Source: an uncultured Actinomycetota bacterium
GTDB taxonomy: Bacteria; Actinomycetota; Actinomycetes; Actinomycetales; JAHECE01
Direction: 5' to 3'
Assembly: GCA_963780675.1 (NCBI GenBank)
Contig: CAWACR010000003.1
Span: forward strand, 1,078,645-1,142,644
Length of the DNA: 64,000 bases
The position numbers and the translations under genes are program-made. The notes beneath the pieces were generated by a model. That model made no database searches. It saw only the letters and a program-made list of their open reading frames with translations, and was not told the origin of the DNA. Positions 56,112 to 64,000 of the stretch are shown piece by piece (positions within the stretch are counted from its first letter, which is position 1; every line of letters starts with the position of its first letter).

Positions 56112-58904
56112 CTACCGCGTGGAGGTCGTGGCGAGCGCTCGCTCCGGGGCGAGCGCTCGCTGGGTGTCGGCCGGGGTCGCCGTCGGGATCCGGCGCCGAC
56201 GGACCCACTTGCTGACCTCGATCACCACGGGCAGCGCGAGCGCGAGGGCGATGCTCGCGAGCCACTGGCTGCCGGTGAGCGAGGTGGTCATGAGTGCCCC
56301 CTGCAGGCCGGGCAGCTCCGTGGCCAGGTAGAGGGCCGCCGCGGGCACAATCGAGATGCCGACCGCCTTGAGCACCGGCGCGGTGAGGCCGCCCGTGGGG
56401 TCGCGGCGGTTCGTCAGGGCGTTGAACACCGTGCCGAGGCCCAGCACCACGAACGTCATGGTCATCGAAGCCGAGGCCGCCTCGGTGCTGGGCTCGTCCG
56501 GGCCTGCGACGAGCGGCGCGAAGGCCGCGAGGAACAGGACCGCGCCGTAGACCACCCACCACGTGACGGCGGCGCGGTTGGTGATCGGCAGCTTGGGGTC
56601 CCGCGGCGGTCGGCTCATCACGTCCGGATCGCCCGGGTCCACCGCGATGACGATGACGCCGGCCACGGTGACGAAGAACAGGAGGAAGAGCACCATGGTC
56701 GGCGTCAGTGCGACGCCCTCGTTGACGTTGACGGCGGTGGCCGCGACGAACAGCATGATCAACGACAGCAGCTGCGTCATCTGGAACCGGATGTAGGAGA
56801 CGATCTTGTCGTAGACGCGCCGGCCGAGTTCTACCGCGTGCACCAGGGTGCCGAAGTTGTCGTCCGTGAGGATCATCCGGGCGGCCTGCTTGGTCACCTC
56901 GCTGCCGGAGCCCATCGCGACGCCGATGTCCGCCTGCTTGAGCGCCGCGGCGTCGTTCACCGCGTCGCCGGTCATCGCGACGACGGCGCCCTCCTCCTGC
57001 ATCACCCGCGCCAGGCGCAACTTGTCCTCCGGCGTCACGCGACCGAAGACGTGCAGCTGGGGCAGCCGTGCCTTGAGATCCTCATCGGACATCGCGGCGA
57101 GTTCCGTCCCGCTGATGGCGCCCGGGCCCAGGCCGAGCATCTCGCCGATGGCCCCGGCGGTGACGGCGTGGTCGCCGGTGATCATCCGGACGTCGATGCC
57201 GGCGTGCAGGGCGACGGCGACGGCGTCCTTGGACGACGGGCGCAGCGGGTCGATGATCCCGACGAGGCCCACGAACGAGAGGTCGTGGACCAGCGACATC
57301 GGGTCGGCGGACCCGGCGGCGAACTCGTCCTCGCCCACGACGCGCGCGGCGAACGCGAGGACCCGCAGGCCCTTGGTGCCCATCCGCTCGTTGGCCTCGT
57401 CGATCGCGCCTCGCGCCTGCGCGATCGGCACCTGGTCGCGGAACGGCCCGCCTGACTCGGCGCACCGGGCGAGCACGACGTCGGGCCCGCCCTTGACGAG
57501 TTGGACGATGCGCTCCGTCCCGTCGATGACCACCCGGTGGAAGGTCGCCATGAACTTGTAGTCGGAGTCGAAGGGGACCTCGGCGATGCGCGGGTAGGCG
57601 CGGCGCGTCTCCTCGGCGTCGACGCCGAGCTTCGCGGCGAGGACCACGAGCGCGGCCTCGGTCGGGTCGCCGACCACGTCGCCGGCGTCGGACACGGTGG
57701 CGTCCGAGTCCAGGACGAGTCCGAGAGCCAAGCGGGTGAAGTCGGGAACCGGTGTGGCGGCCACCGAGCGGATGGCGCCGGACTTCTGGTAGCCCTCACC
57801 ACCGACCGTGAACCACAAGCCGTTCGCGTAGATCGTCGAGACCATCATCTGGTTCAGCGTCAGCGTGCCCGTCTTGTCGCTGTTGATCACACTGGTGGCA
57901 CCGAGGGTCTCGACGTCCGCGAGGTTCTTCACCACCGCCTTCGCCTCGGCCAGCTGCTTCGCGCCCTGGGACAACAGACCGGAGACGAACGCCGGCAGGC
58001 CTGTCGGGATGGCCGAGATCGCCATCGCCGTGCCCAGCAGCAGCAACTCGCTGACCGGCATTCCGCGGACCAGGCCGACCACCACGATGAAGGCGACCGC
58101 TGCCCACGCGATGATGCCGATCACCTTCGTCAGGGAGTCGAGTTCGCGCTGGAGCGGCGAACGGCTCCGCGTCACCGAGGTCAGCATCGTGGCGATCTGA
58201 CCCATCTGCGTGTTCATGCCCGTGCCGGTCACCACCATCGAGGCGGTGCCGCGCGTGACCGAGGTGTTCTGGAACAGCATGTTCGTGCGGTCCCCCAGGG
58301 CCACGTCGCCGCCGGGCAGCGCCCCGGCGTCCTTCGGCACCGGCGCGCTCTCGCCCGTCAGCGCGGCCTCCTGAGCTTCCAGGGTCGCCGAGCGCAGGAT
58401 CCGTCCGTCCGCGGGGACGAGGTCTCCGGCCTCGACCTGAACCAGGTCGCCCGGCACCACGTCGGAGGCCGGGACGAGGACGAGTTGCCCGCCCCGCACC
58501 ACCTTCGCCTGCGGCACCTGGAGGTTCGACAAGGCGTCGACGCTCGCCCTGGCCTTGAGCTCCTGGCGGGACCCGAGCACCACGTTCAGGAGGATCAGCA
58601 GAGCCACGATGGTGCCGGTGGACACCTCCCCGATCAGAAAGCTCACGATCGAGACGGCGACGAGCATGAGGTTCATCGGGTCGCGCAGCTGCTGCAGGGC
58701 CACGGCGGCGATCGACGGCGGCTTCTCGCCCTTGATGGTGTTCGGCCCGTATGTCACCAGCCGGTTCGCGGCCTCCGGCGGAGTCAGACCCTGGACCGCG
58801 TCGGATCCCATCGAGGCGACGACGGCCGCCGCCTCACGGGCGTACGGAGCGGGCGCGTCCGGGGCGCCACGCCCCGTGGTGCCCCTCGGCGTGGTTTCGC
58901 TCAT
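56112..58904 (-). CDS. P2-like P-type ATPase with atypical membrane sites
   Basis: TGES, SDKTGTLT, PFDS..K, KGGPD, MITGD and MTGDAVND motifs; TM4 reads SAIPTGLP; AGGAGG RBS. Confidence 0.93.
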   Translation of the reverse strand: MSETTPRGTTGRGAPDAPAPYAREAAAVVASMGSDAVQGLTPPEAANRLVTYGPNTIKGEKPPSIAAVALQQLRDPMNLMLVAVSIVSFLIGEVSTGTIVALLILLNVVLGSRQELKARASVDALSNLQVPQAKVVRGGQLVLVPASDVVPGDLVQVEAGDLVPADGRILRSATLEAQEAALTGESAPVPKDAGALPGGDVALGDRTNMLFQNTSVTRGTASMVVTGTGMNTQMGQIATMLTSVTRSRSPLQRELDSLTKVIGIIAWAAVAFIVVVGLVRGMPVSELLLLGTAMAISAIPTGLPAFVSGLLSQGAKQLAEAKAVVKNLADVETLGATSVINSDKTGTLTLNQMMVSTIYANGLWFTVGGEGYQKSGAIRSVAATPVPDFTRLALGLVLDSDATVSDAGDVVGDPTEAALVVLAAKLGVDAEETRRAYPRIAEVPFDSDYKFMATFHRVVIDGTERIVQLVKGGPDVVLARCAESGGPFRDQVPIAQARGAIDEANERMGTKGLRVLAFAARVVGEDEFAAGSADPMSLVHDLSFVGLVGIIDPLRPSSKDAVAVALHAGIDVRMITGDHAVTAGAIGEMLGLGPGAISGTELAAMSDEDLKARLPQLHVFGRVTPEDKLRLARVMQEEGAVVAMTGDAVNDAAALKQADIGVAMGSGSEVTKQAARMILTDDNFGTLVHAVELGRRVYDKIVSYIRFQMTQLLSLIMLFVAATAVNVNEGVALTPTMVLFLLFFVTVAGVIVIAVDPGDPDVMSRPPRDPKLPITNRAAVTWWVVYGAVLFLAAFAPLVAGPDEPSTEAASASMTMTFVVLGLGTVFNALTNRRDPTGGLTAPVLKAVGISIVPAAALYLATELPGLQGALMTTSLTGSQWLASIALALALPVVIEVSKWVRRRRIPTATPADTQRALAPERALATTSTR

Positions 58905-59159
58905 GGGAAAAGTCCCTCCTGCGCGGGTCGAACCTCACCAACCGGCAAGGAGTCCCCGCTCTTCGAACCATTGACTTCGCCGGCGCCGCTCGTGACGCAA
59001 CCCCCGGCACACCCGGACCTGCCGGACGTCGCCACCATACTCGCGCTCGGGGCACCTGCTGCCATCCCCCCATCCGTATGAATAGGTGCAGGTCGAAGCG
59101 CACGACCTCCTTCGCGACCGGAGAGGTCGGAGACTCGGACACGACGCTCCCTCGGCCCT

Positions 59160-59635
59160 CTACCCGCCACGGACCGCCTCTCTCGCGCGGATGAGGTCGG
59201 CCACGGACCGGGCCTGGAAGGGGCAGCCGGTTGCCGCATGCGGGACGTCGCCGTCGGCGGTCTCGGAGACGGATCCGAGGCCGTACTCGGCGACTTCGGC
59301 GGCCAGGTCGACGTCACCGCTGTGCGCGACGTGCCGGCCGAGCGCATGCAGGAACCACAGCGTCCCGTCAATCGTGTGTACTCGAGCGTGCCGACGTCCG
59401 CGGTGTTGGCGAGCGTGCCCTCCGAGACGGTGCCGGCCGCACGGAGCAGCACCGAGCGGCCCTCCTCGGCGCGGCCCGTGCGCAGGAAGAGCCCCTCGTG
59501 GAAAGTGAACAGGTCGCGGGACCACTCCCCGAACCAGCCCGACCGCAACGGCCTCGACCAGGATCGAGCCCGTGCTCACGTCCGGCTCCGGAACCTCCTC
59601 GTAGCGGACCGACCCGGCAACCCGACGGCCTTCAT
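59160..59635 (-). pseudogene. Chimeric remnant: glucose 1-dehydrogenase N-terminus fused to fragments of a glycogen debranching enzyme
   Basis: MKAV /shift/ GSVRYEEVPEPD..GSILVEAVAVG; then WFGEWSRD..HEGLFL.TGR..EGR ... ANTADVG.LEY /shift/ IDGTLWFLHAL; then EYGLGSVSETADGDVPHAATGCPFQA.SVA. Confidence 0.7.
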
Positions 59636-61350
59636 CGCGTATACGCCTCGGCAGCCGCGGGCCGCGGGGTGAGCATGGCGTGGGAGAGCATCCCTCCGGA
59701 GATGGTGCGGGCGTCGAACCCGTGCTGGAGGAGGATCCGGGTGGCGGAGTAGGCCCGCTGACCCGACCGGCACAGGACGTGGATCGTCCGGTCGCGGGGC
59801 AGCTCGTCCAGGCGGGAGCGAAGCTCACCGAGGGGGATGTTCACAGATCCGGGCACACCCTCGACCCTGAGCTCGGGCTTCTCGCGAACGTCGAGGATGA
59901 ACCCGTCGACGGCCTCGTCCCAGTGCGAGAGGGGCTGGTCGCCGCGCAGCACGTCCGCGGCGAGCATCCCGGCGAAGTTGACGGGGTCCTTCGCGGAGCC
60001 GAAGGGCGGGGCGTAGCACAGCTCGGACTCCTCCAGGTCATAGACCGTGGCCCCGAGTTGGATCGCCATGGCGAGGTGCCCGATCCGCTTGTCCACCCCG
60101 TCCTCACCCACAGCCTGCGCACCCAGCAGCCGCCCGTCCGACGGCCGGAAGATGACCTTCATCGCGATCGGCTTGGCCCCGGGGTAGTAGCCGGCGTGGG
60201 AGTTGGGGAAGAGGTAGACCTTCTCGTAGTCGGTCTCCCCCAAGCGCTGGAGCGTCTTCTCGTTCAGACCCGTCCACGCGGCCGTGGCACCGAAGATGCC
60301 GACGACGGCGGTGCCCTGCACTCCGCGGAACGCCGAGTCGCGCCCGGCGATGACGTCCGCAGCGATGCGGCCCTGCCGGTTCGCCGGCCCCGCGAGGGCC
60401 ATGAGGGTCCACTCCCCGGTCCCGGCGTCGCGGACCTCAACCGCGTCGCCGACGGCGAAGATGCTCGGGTCAGACGTGCGCATGTGCTCGTCCACCCGGA
60501 TCCCGCCGCGCTGCCCGATCTCCAGGCCGGCGGCCTTCGCCAGCGTGGTGTCCGGGCGCACACCCAGGGACAGGATCACGACGTCGGCCGGGTAGGAGCC
60601 GCCGGACCTCGTGGTCACGACCAGCGACTCGCCGTCGTCGGCCTGGGAGAAGGAAGCGACCCCGTCCCCCAGGACCACGTCGACGCCGTGCAGGCGCATC
60701 CGGTCCGCCACCGCTCGGCCGAACTCGGGATCCAGCGGGGCCAGCACCTGACCCGCCATCTCGATCACCGTGACCCCGAAGCCGCGTTCCGCGAGGTTCT
60801 CCGCGGTCTCCAGGCCGATGAACCCGCCACCGACGACGACGGCGTGGCGCGCCGGACGCACGGCCTGGAACCCGGAGTACCGCGCCATCCCACCCAGGAA
60901 GCTCGTGCCGCGCTCGGCCCATTCCCGCACCGCTCGCGCGTCGGGCACGGTCCGCACCTGGAAGATGCCCGGCAGGTCGATCCCGGGGATCGGCGGGTGG
61001 ATGGACGCGGCGCCGGGCGAGAGCACCAGCGCGTCGTAGGACTCGGTGGTCACCTCACCCGTGGTGACGTCCCGCAGCTGGACGGTCCGCTCGGCGGGCG
61101 AGATGGCGACGGCTTCGGTCAACGTCCGGCAGTCGATCCCGAACTGCGTGCGGAACAGCTCCGCACTCGCCACCAGCAAGTCGGCCTCACGCTCGATCAC
61201 CCCACCGATGTGATACGGCAGGCCGCAGTTCGCGTACGAGACATAGGGGCCACGCTCCACCATCACGATCTCGGCCTGCTCGTCCAACCGCCGCAGCCGA
61301 GCCGCGCACGACGCCCCGCCCGCGACCCCACCGACAATGACAACCTTCAT
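59632..61350 (-). CDS. CoA-disulfide/persulfide reductase with C-terminal rhodanese domain
   Basis: VGGVAGGAS.AARLRR, SYANCGLPY, GGGFIGLE, YAPPF and rhodanese CRSGQR motifs. Confidence 0.93.
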   Translation of the reverse strand: MKVVIVGGVAGGASCAARLRRLDEQAEIVMVERGPYVSYANCGLPYHIGGVIEREADLLVASAELFRTQFGIDCRTLTEAVAISPAERTVQLRDVTTGEVTTESYDALVLSPGAASIHPPIPGIDLPGIFQVRTVPDARAVREWAERGTSFLGGMARYSGFQAVRPARHAVVVGGGFIGLETAENLAERGFGVTVIEMAGQVLAPLDPEFGRAVADRMRLHGVDVVLGDGVASFSQADDGESLVVTTRSGGSYPADVVILSLGVRPDTTLAKAAGLEIGQRGGIRVDEHMRTSDPSIFAVGDAVEVRDAGTGEWTLMALAGPANRQGRIAADVIAGRDSAFRGVQGTAVVGIFGATAAWTGLNEKTLQRLGETDYEKVYLFPNSHAGYYPGAKPIAMKVIFRPSDGRLLGAQAVGEDGVDKRIGHLAMAIQLGATVYDLEESELCYAPPFGSAKDPVNFAGMLAADVLRGDQPLSHWDEAVDGFILDVREKPELRVEGVPGSVNIPLGELRSRLDELPRDRTIHVLCRSGQRAYSATRILLQHGFDARTISGGMLSHAMLTPRPAAAEAYTR

Positions 61351-61619
61351 GAATCCAAGCCTTCCCTCGTGCGTCGAACGAAACTGCTTCTTCCGTGCGC
61401 GTGCCGGGGCGGCCCCGCAGGCACGCCGGCCGTTCCCTCACCCCGCCGGTTCACCCCGGGGGTGATGACGGCGGCTCTCCCGCCGGCACCTCAGACCTTT
61501 CGCATCGTGACCTGATACTCGCCGGTCACCGGGGCCCTGCCATCGCACGGATCGTATGAACGTCGCAATCCCGAACCCGGGAGAGGTCGGTGGGACGCAC
61601 GAGGCCGTCCGACTTCGCG

Positions 61620-61790
61620 CTCATCGGCCCGTCGATGTCGGGATCGTCGACTGCCTCGAACCCTTGGACATGAATCCGAATTGGCTGGCCGTCGCGATCG
61701 GCTTGGCACCGCACCAAACCCATGACGACCTCGAGATCCAGAAGGACCACCTCGGGCCTTCCATCGACGAGATCCGCCCCTCGCGCCGTC
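61620..61790 (+). pseudogene. Collapsed HigB/HigA toxin-antitoxin remnant
   Basis: PVDVGIVDC (compare HigB C-terminus P.DVEIVDYH) joined to LEPLDMNPNWLAVAIG and DLEIQKDHLGPSIDEIRP (compare HigA N- and C-terminal segments). Confidence 0.5.
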
Positions 61791-62197
61791 GGCCGGCCGG
61801 CCCGCTTGCGTCGTAGCGACGCGCGCGAGGGACGGAGTGCGACCTGTGGGCACGAGGTCGAGAGCGGCTTGCGCGCAGGCATCGTCGGCCGCGCGAGCGC
61901 GACGACGCCGCGCGAGCGCGGGCGACGCGCCCTGTGCGAGGCCCTCAGCAGGGGGCAGTCGCTCACCCCTCGACGACTTGCAGCCTGGATCTCGACGTCG
62001 CAGGCGCAGCTCAACGTGCCGCGCCCATCGTGCCGATGCCCGCCCCGACGACGTCACTGCACGCGATTGAAGGGCGAGGACCCCCGGGCGAGGACCGGCC
62101 GTCGTCCGCCGCGCGGAATCGACTCCGGACGGGACGGGTTCCCTTCCTGCCCACCCGAACGCACCGCCGCCGCCCGCCCACCGAGGAGCATCAGGGC

Positions 62198-62908
62198 ATG
62201 GACATCTACGACTTCTCCGACCTGCGCGCCGTGTTCGTCAACTGCACCCTCAAGCGGTCCCCGGAGGTCTCCCACACCGAGGGTCTGATGGCGGTCAGCA
62301 CCGCCATCATGCGCAAGCACGGGGTGAGCGTCGACGAGATCCGCGCGGTCGACCACGACATCGCCCCCGGGGTGTACCCGGACATGACCGAGAAGGGCTG
62401 GGAGCGCGACGACTGGCCAGAGCTCACGCCGCGGATCCTCGCCGCCGACATCCTGGTGATCGGGACACCGATCTGGTTGGGGGACAAGTCGAGCGTGGCG
62501 ACCCGCGTGATCGAGCGGCTGTACTCCCTGTCCGGGGAGCTGAACGAGGCGGGGCAGTACTTGTACTACGGGCGCGCGGGCGGCGTCGTCGTGACCGGGA
62601 ACGAGGACGGCGTCAAGCACGTCGCGATGAACGTCCTGTACTCGTTGCAGCACCTGGGGTACGCGATCCCGCCGCAGGCGGACGCCGGGTGGATCGGGGA
62701 GGCCGGCCCCGGCCCGTCCTACCTGGACCCCGGCTCGGGTGGCCCGCAGAACGACTTCACCCAGCGCAACACAACGTTCATGACGTGGAACCTCATGCAC
62801 CTCGCGGCCCTGCTCAAGCGCCGGGGCGGGTTCCCGGCCCACGGCAACCAGCGCAGCCTCTGGGACGCCGGCGCCCGGTTCGACCACCCCAACCCCGAAT
62901 ACCGCTGA
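62198..62908 (+). CDS. Flavodoxin-family / NADPH-dependent FMN reductase protein
   Basis: NCTLKRSPE.SHT, GTPIWLG, TGNEDG and NTTFMTWN motifs; GAGGAG RBS. Confidence 0.9.
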   Translation: MDIYDFSDLRAVFVNCTLKRSPEVSHTEGLMAVSTAIMRKHGVSVDEIRAVDHDIAPGVYPDMTEKGWERDDWPELTPRILAADILVIGTPIWLGDKSSVATRVIERLYSLSGELNEAGQYLYYGRAGGVVVTGNEDGVKHVAMNVLYSLQHLGYAIPPQADAGWIGEAGPGPSYLDPGSGGPQNDFTQRNTTFMTWNLMHLAALLKRRGGFPAHGNQRSLWDAGARFDHPNPEYR

Positions 62909-63009
62909 GGACCGGGGTGCCGGACGCGGGCGAGGCGGCGCGGTCGGGACCGCCGGCACAGCGGGACGTCATCCGTCGATGACCGCAGGTCTCGGCGGCC
63001 GAGGACCCT

Positions 63010-64000
63010 TCACCCCTCTCCGATCCGTGGTCCGGCGAGGCCCACGGACCCTTCGCAGGCGGTCAGCGGCTCAGCGCCGGTGAGGAGGCGGAACCCGCCG
63101 GCCATGACCTCACATGGTCGCGGCCCGAGGCCAGCGCGTTCGGTCGAGGATCCGGCGAGTCCCCACGCCAGAGTCGAGGCGGCCAGCTCGACACCGCGCT
63201 GCGCGGCGCGGACGGCTGGGTCATCCCAGGACGCGCCGACATAGGCAGTGAAACGGTCCCTGGTTCTCTCGTCCAGATGGGTGATGAGCCAGGCATGGCC
63301 GAGTTCGTGCACGAGGAGCTCACGCCGGCTCCAGCTGATGTTCGGGCAGGAGGCTTCAGCGCAGGCGTCGCCCTCCTCTGGACCACGCGGGGCGGTGTCG
63401 CCGGCATCGGCGCAGATGACGATGGTGGTGACACCGTCCGACGCGTCGGTGTATCCGTTGTAGTCGGCGCACAGCGGCGAGAACGGGTCGAAGGCGATCG
63501 TCCGCACGCGGGGGGACGCCAGCCCGGCCTCCGCGAATCGACCCAGACCCCAGCGAACGAACTCCTCCAGTTCTGGCGTGCCGTTGCGGATCTCGATCGA
63601 CCCCGAGCCGGAGTCGACCCGACCGGTGACCCGCTCGGAGAGCGGGACAGGTAGCCCACGGCCCGTCCACCAGCCCGGTTGGAGGTCACGCGCCGAGACG
63701 CAGGCCCGCACCGACGCCAACGCGTGGAAACGACGCTCCGCGATGACGTGCCCGGCGGTGTCGACGGTCAGCACCACGGCCGAGGCGCCGGGGCAGGTCT
63801 CGACGCTGCGTTCGAGGAGGAGCAACTGGGCCGGATGCCTCTCGTCGGGTTGCATGTAGTTCCAGGTGACGTACACCGCAGGAGCGTCGCGCGGCGGCTG
63901 GAGCGGGGACAGGACCTCCTCGGAATACAGGTCCTCGGCCCGGTCGAGGTGTGCAGGAGAAGCCGTCTGCGGGTCAGCGAGCGCAACGATTGCCTCCCGG
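63010..64000 (-). CDS. Hypothetical protein with HExxH motif, 5' end beyond the window
   Basis: Frame is open from the window edge to the stop at 63010; LLVHELGHAW and a downstream RGVE; several Cys. Confidence 0.65.
   Translation of the reverse strand, partial: REAIVALADPQTASPAHLDRAEDLYSEEVLSPLQPPRDAPAVYVTWNYMQPDERHPAQLLLLERSVETCPGASAVVLTVDTAGHVIAERRFHALASVRACVSARDLQPGWWTGRGLPVPLSERVTGRVDSGSGSIEIRNGTPELEEFVRWGLGRFAEAGLASPRVRTIAFDPFSPLCADYNGYTDASDGVTTIVICADAGDTAPRGPEEGDACAEASCPNISWSRRELLVHELGHAWLITHLDERTRDRFTAYVGASWDDPAVRAAQRGVELAASTLAWGLAGSSTERAGLGPRPCEVMAGGFRLLTGAEPLTACEGSVGLAGPRIGEG

Noticed and set aside
58905-59040. Possible yybP-ykoY Mn2+ riboswitch upstream of the P2-like ATPase
   Set aside because: Only loose resemblance (gtcaat, ttggtgag); the GGGGAGUA and GAGACC elements are not present. 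An Rfam scan would settle it.

Overview
High-GC actinobacterial DNA, probably Micrococcales (Cellulomonas/Actinotalea/Georgenia-like, judged from gene content and order). Bases 1 to about 17.9 kb are a conserved core block: APC/KimA-type permease (partial), trkA pair, DUF3159, OB-fold protein, DUF3710, dut, DUF3093, DUF4193, inositol monophosphatase, sepH, alkaline-phosphatase-family protein, DUF5998, a frameshifted Pat-type GNAT/acyl-CoA synthetase fusion, parC, GNAT, parE and a small Cys/His protein followed by a strong hairpin. From about 17.9 kb to the end is a mosaic accessory region rich in redox and metal/ion genes. It holds an ApbE flavinylation/ferric reductase/NuoF-like/ferredoxin operon with its own two-component system, nagA, uppP, and three P-type ATPases that all have non-canonical TM4 motifs. 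It also holds a translationally coupled GMC oxidoreductase - stand-alone PAS - DUF985 cupin operon (best candidate for an undescribed system), anSME plus SulP, a copper module, a lower-GC PIG-L/GT4 islet, a stomatin, an ECF sigma/anti-sigma with cupredoxin, reductase and DUF6529, a CoA-disulfide reductase-rhodanese and a flavodoxin-like protein. Between the intact modules lie many short gene remnants, several fused by internal deletions. I saw no rRNA, tRNA, CRISPR array, integrase or intact transposase. All family assignments come from motif recognition by eye, with no database searches.
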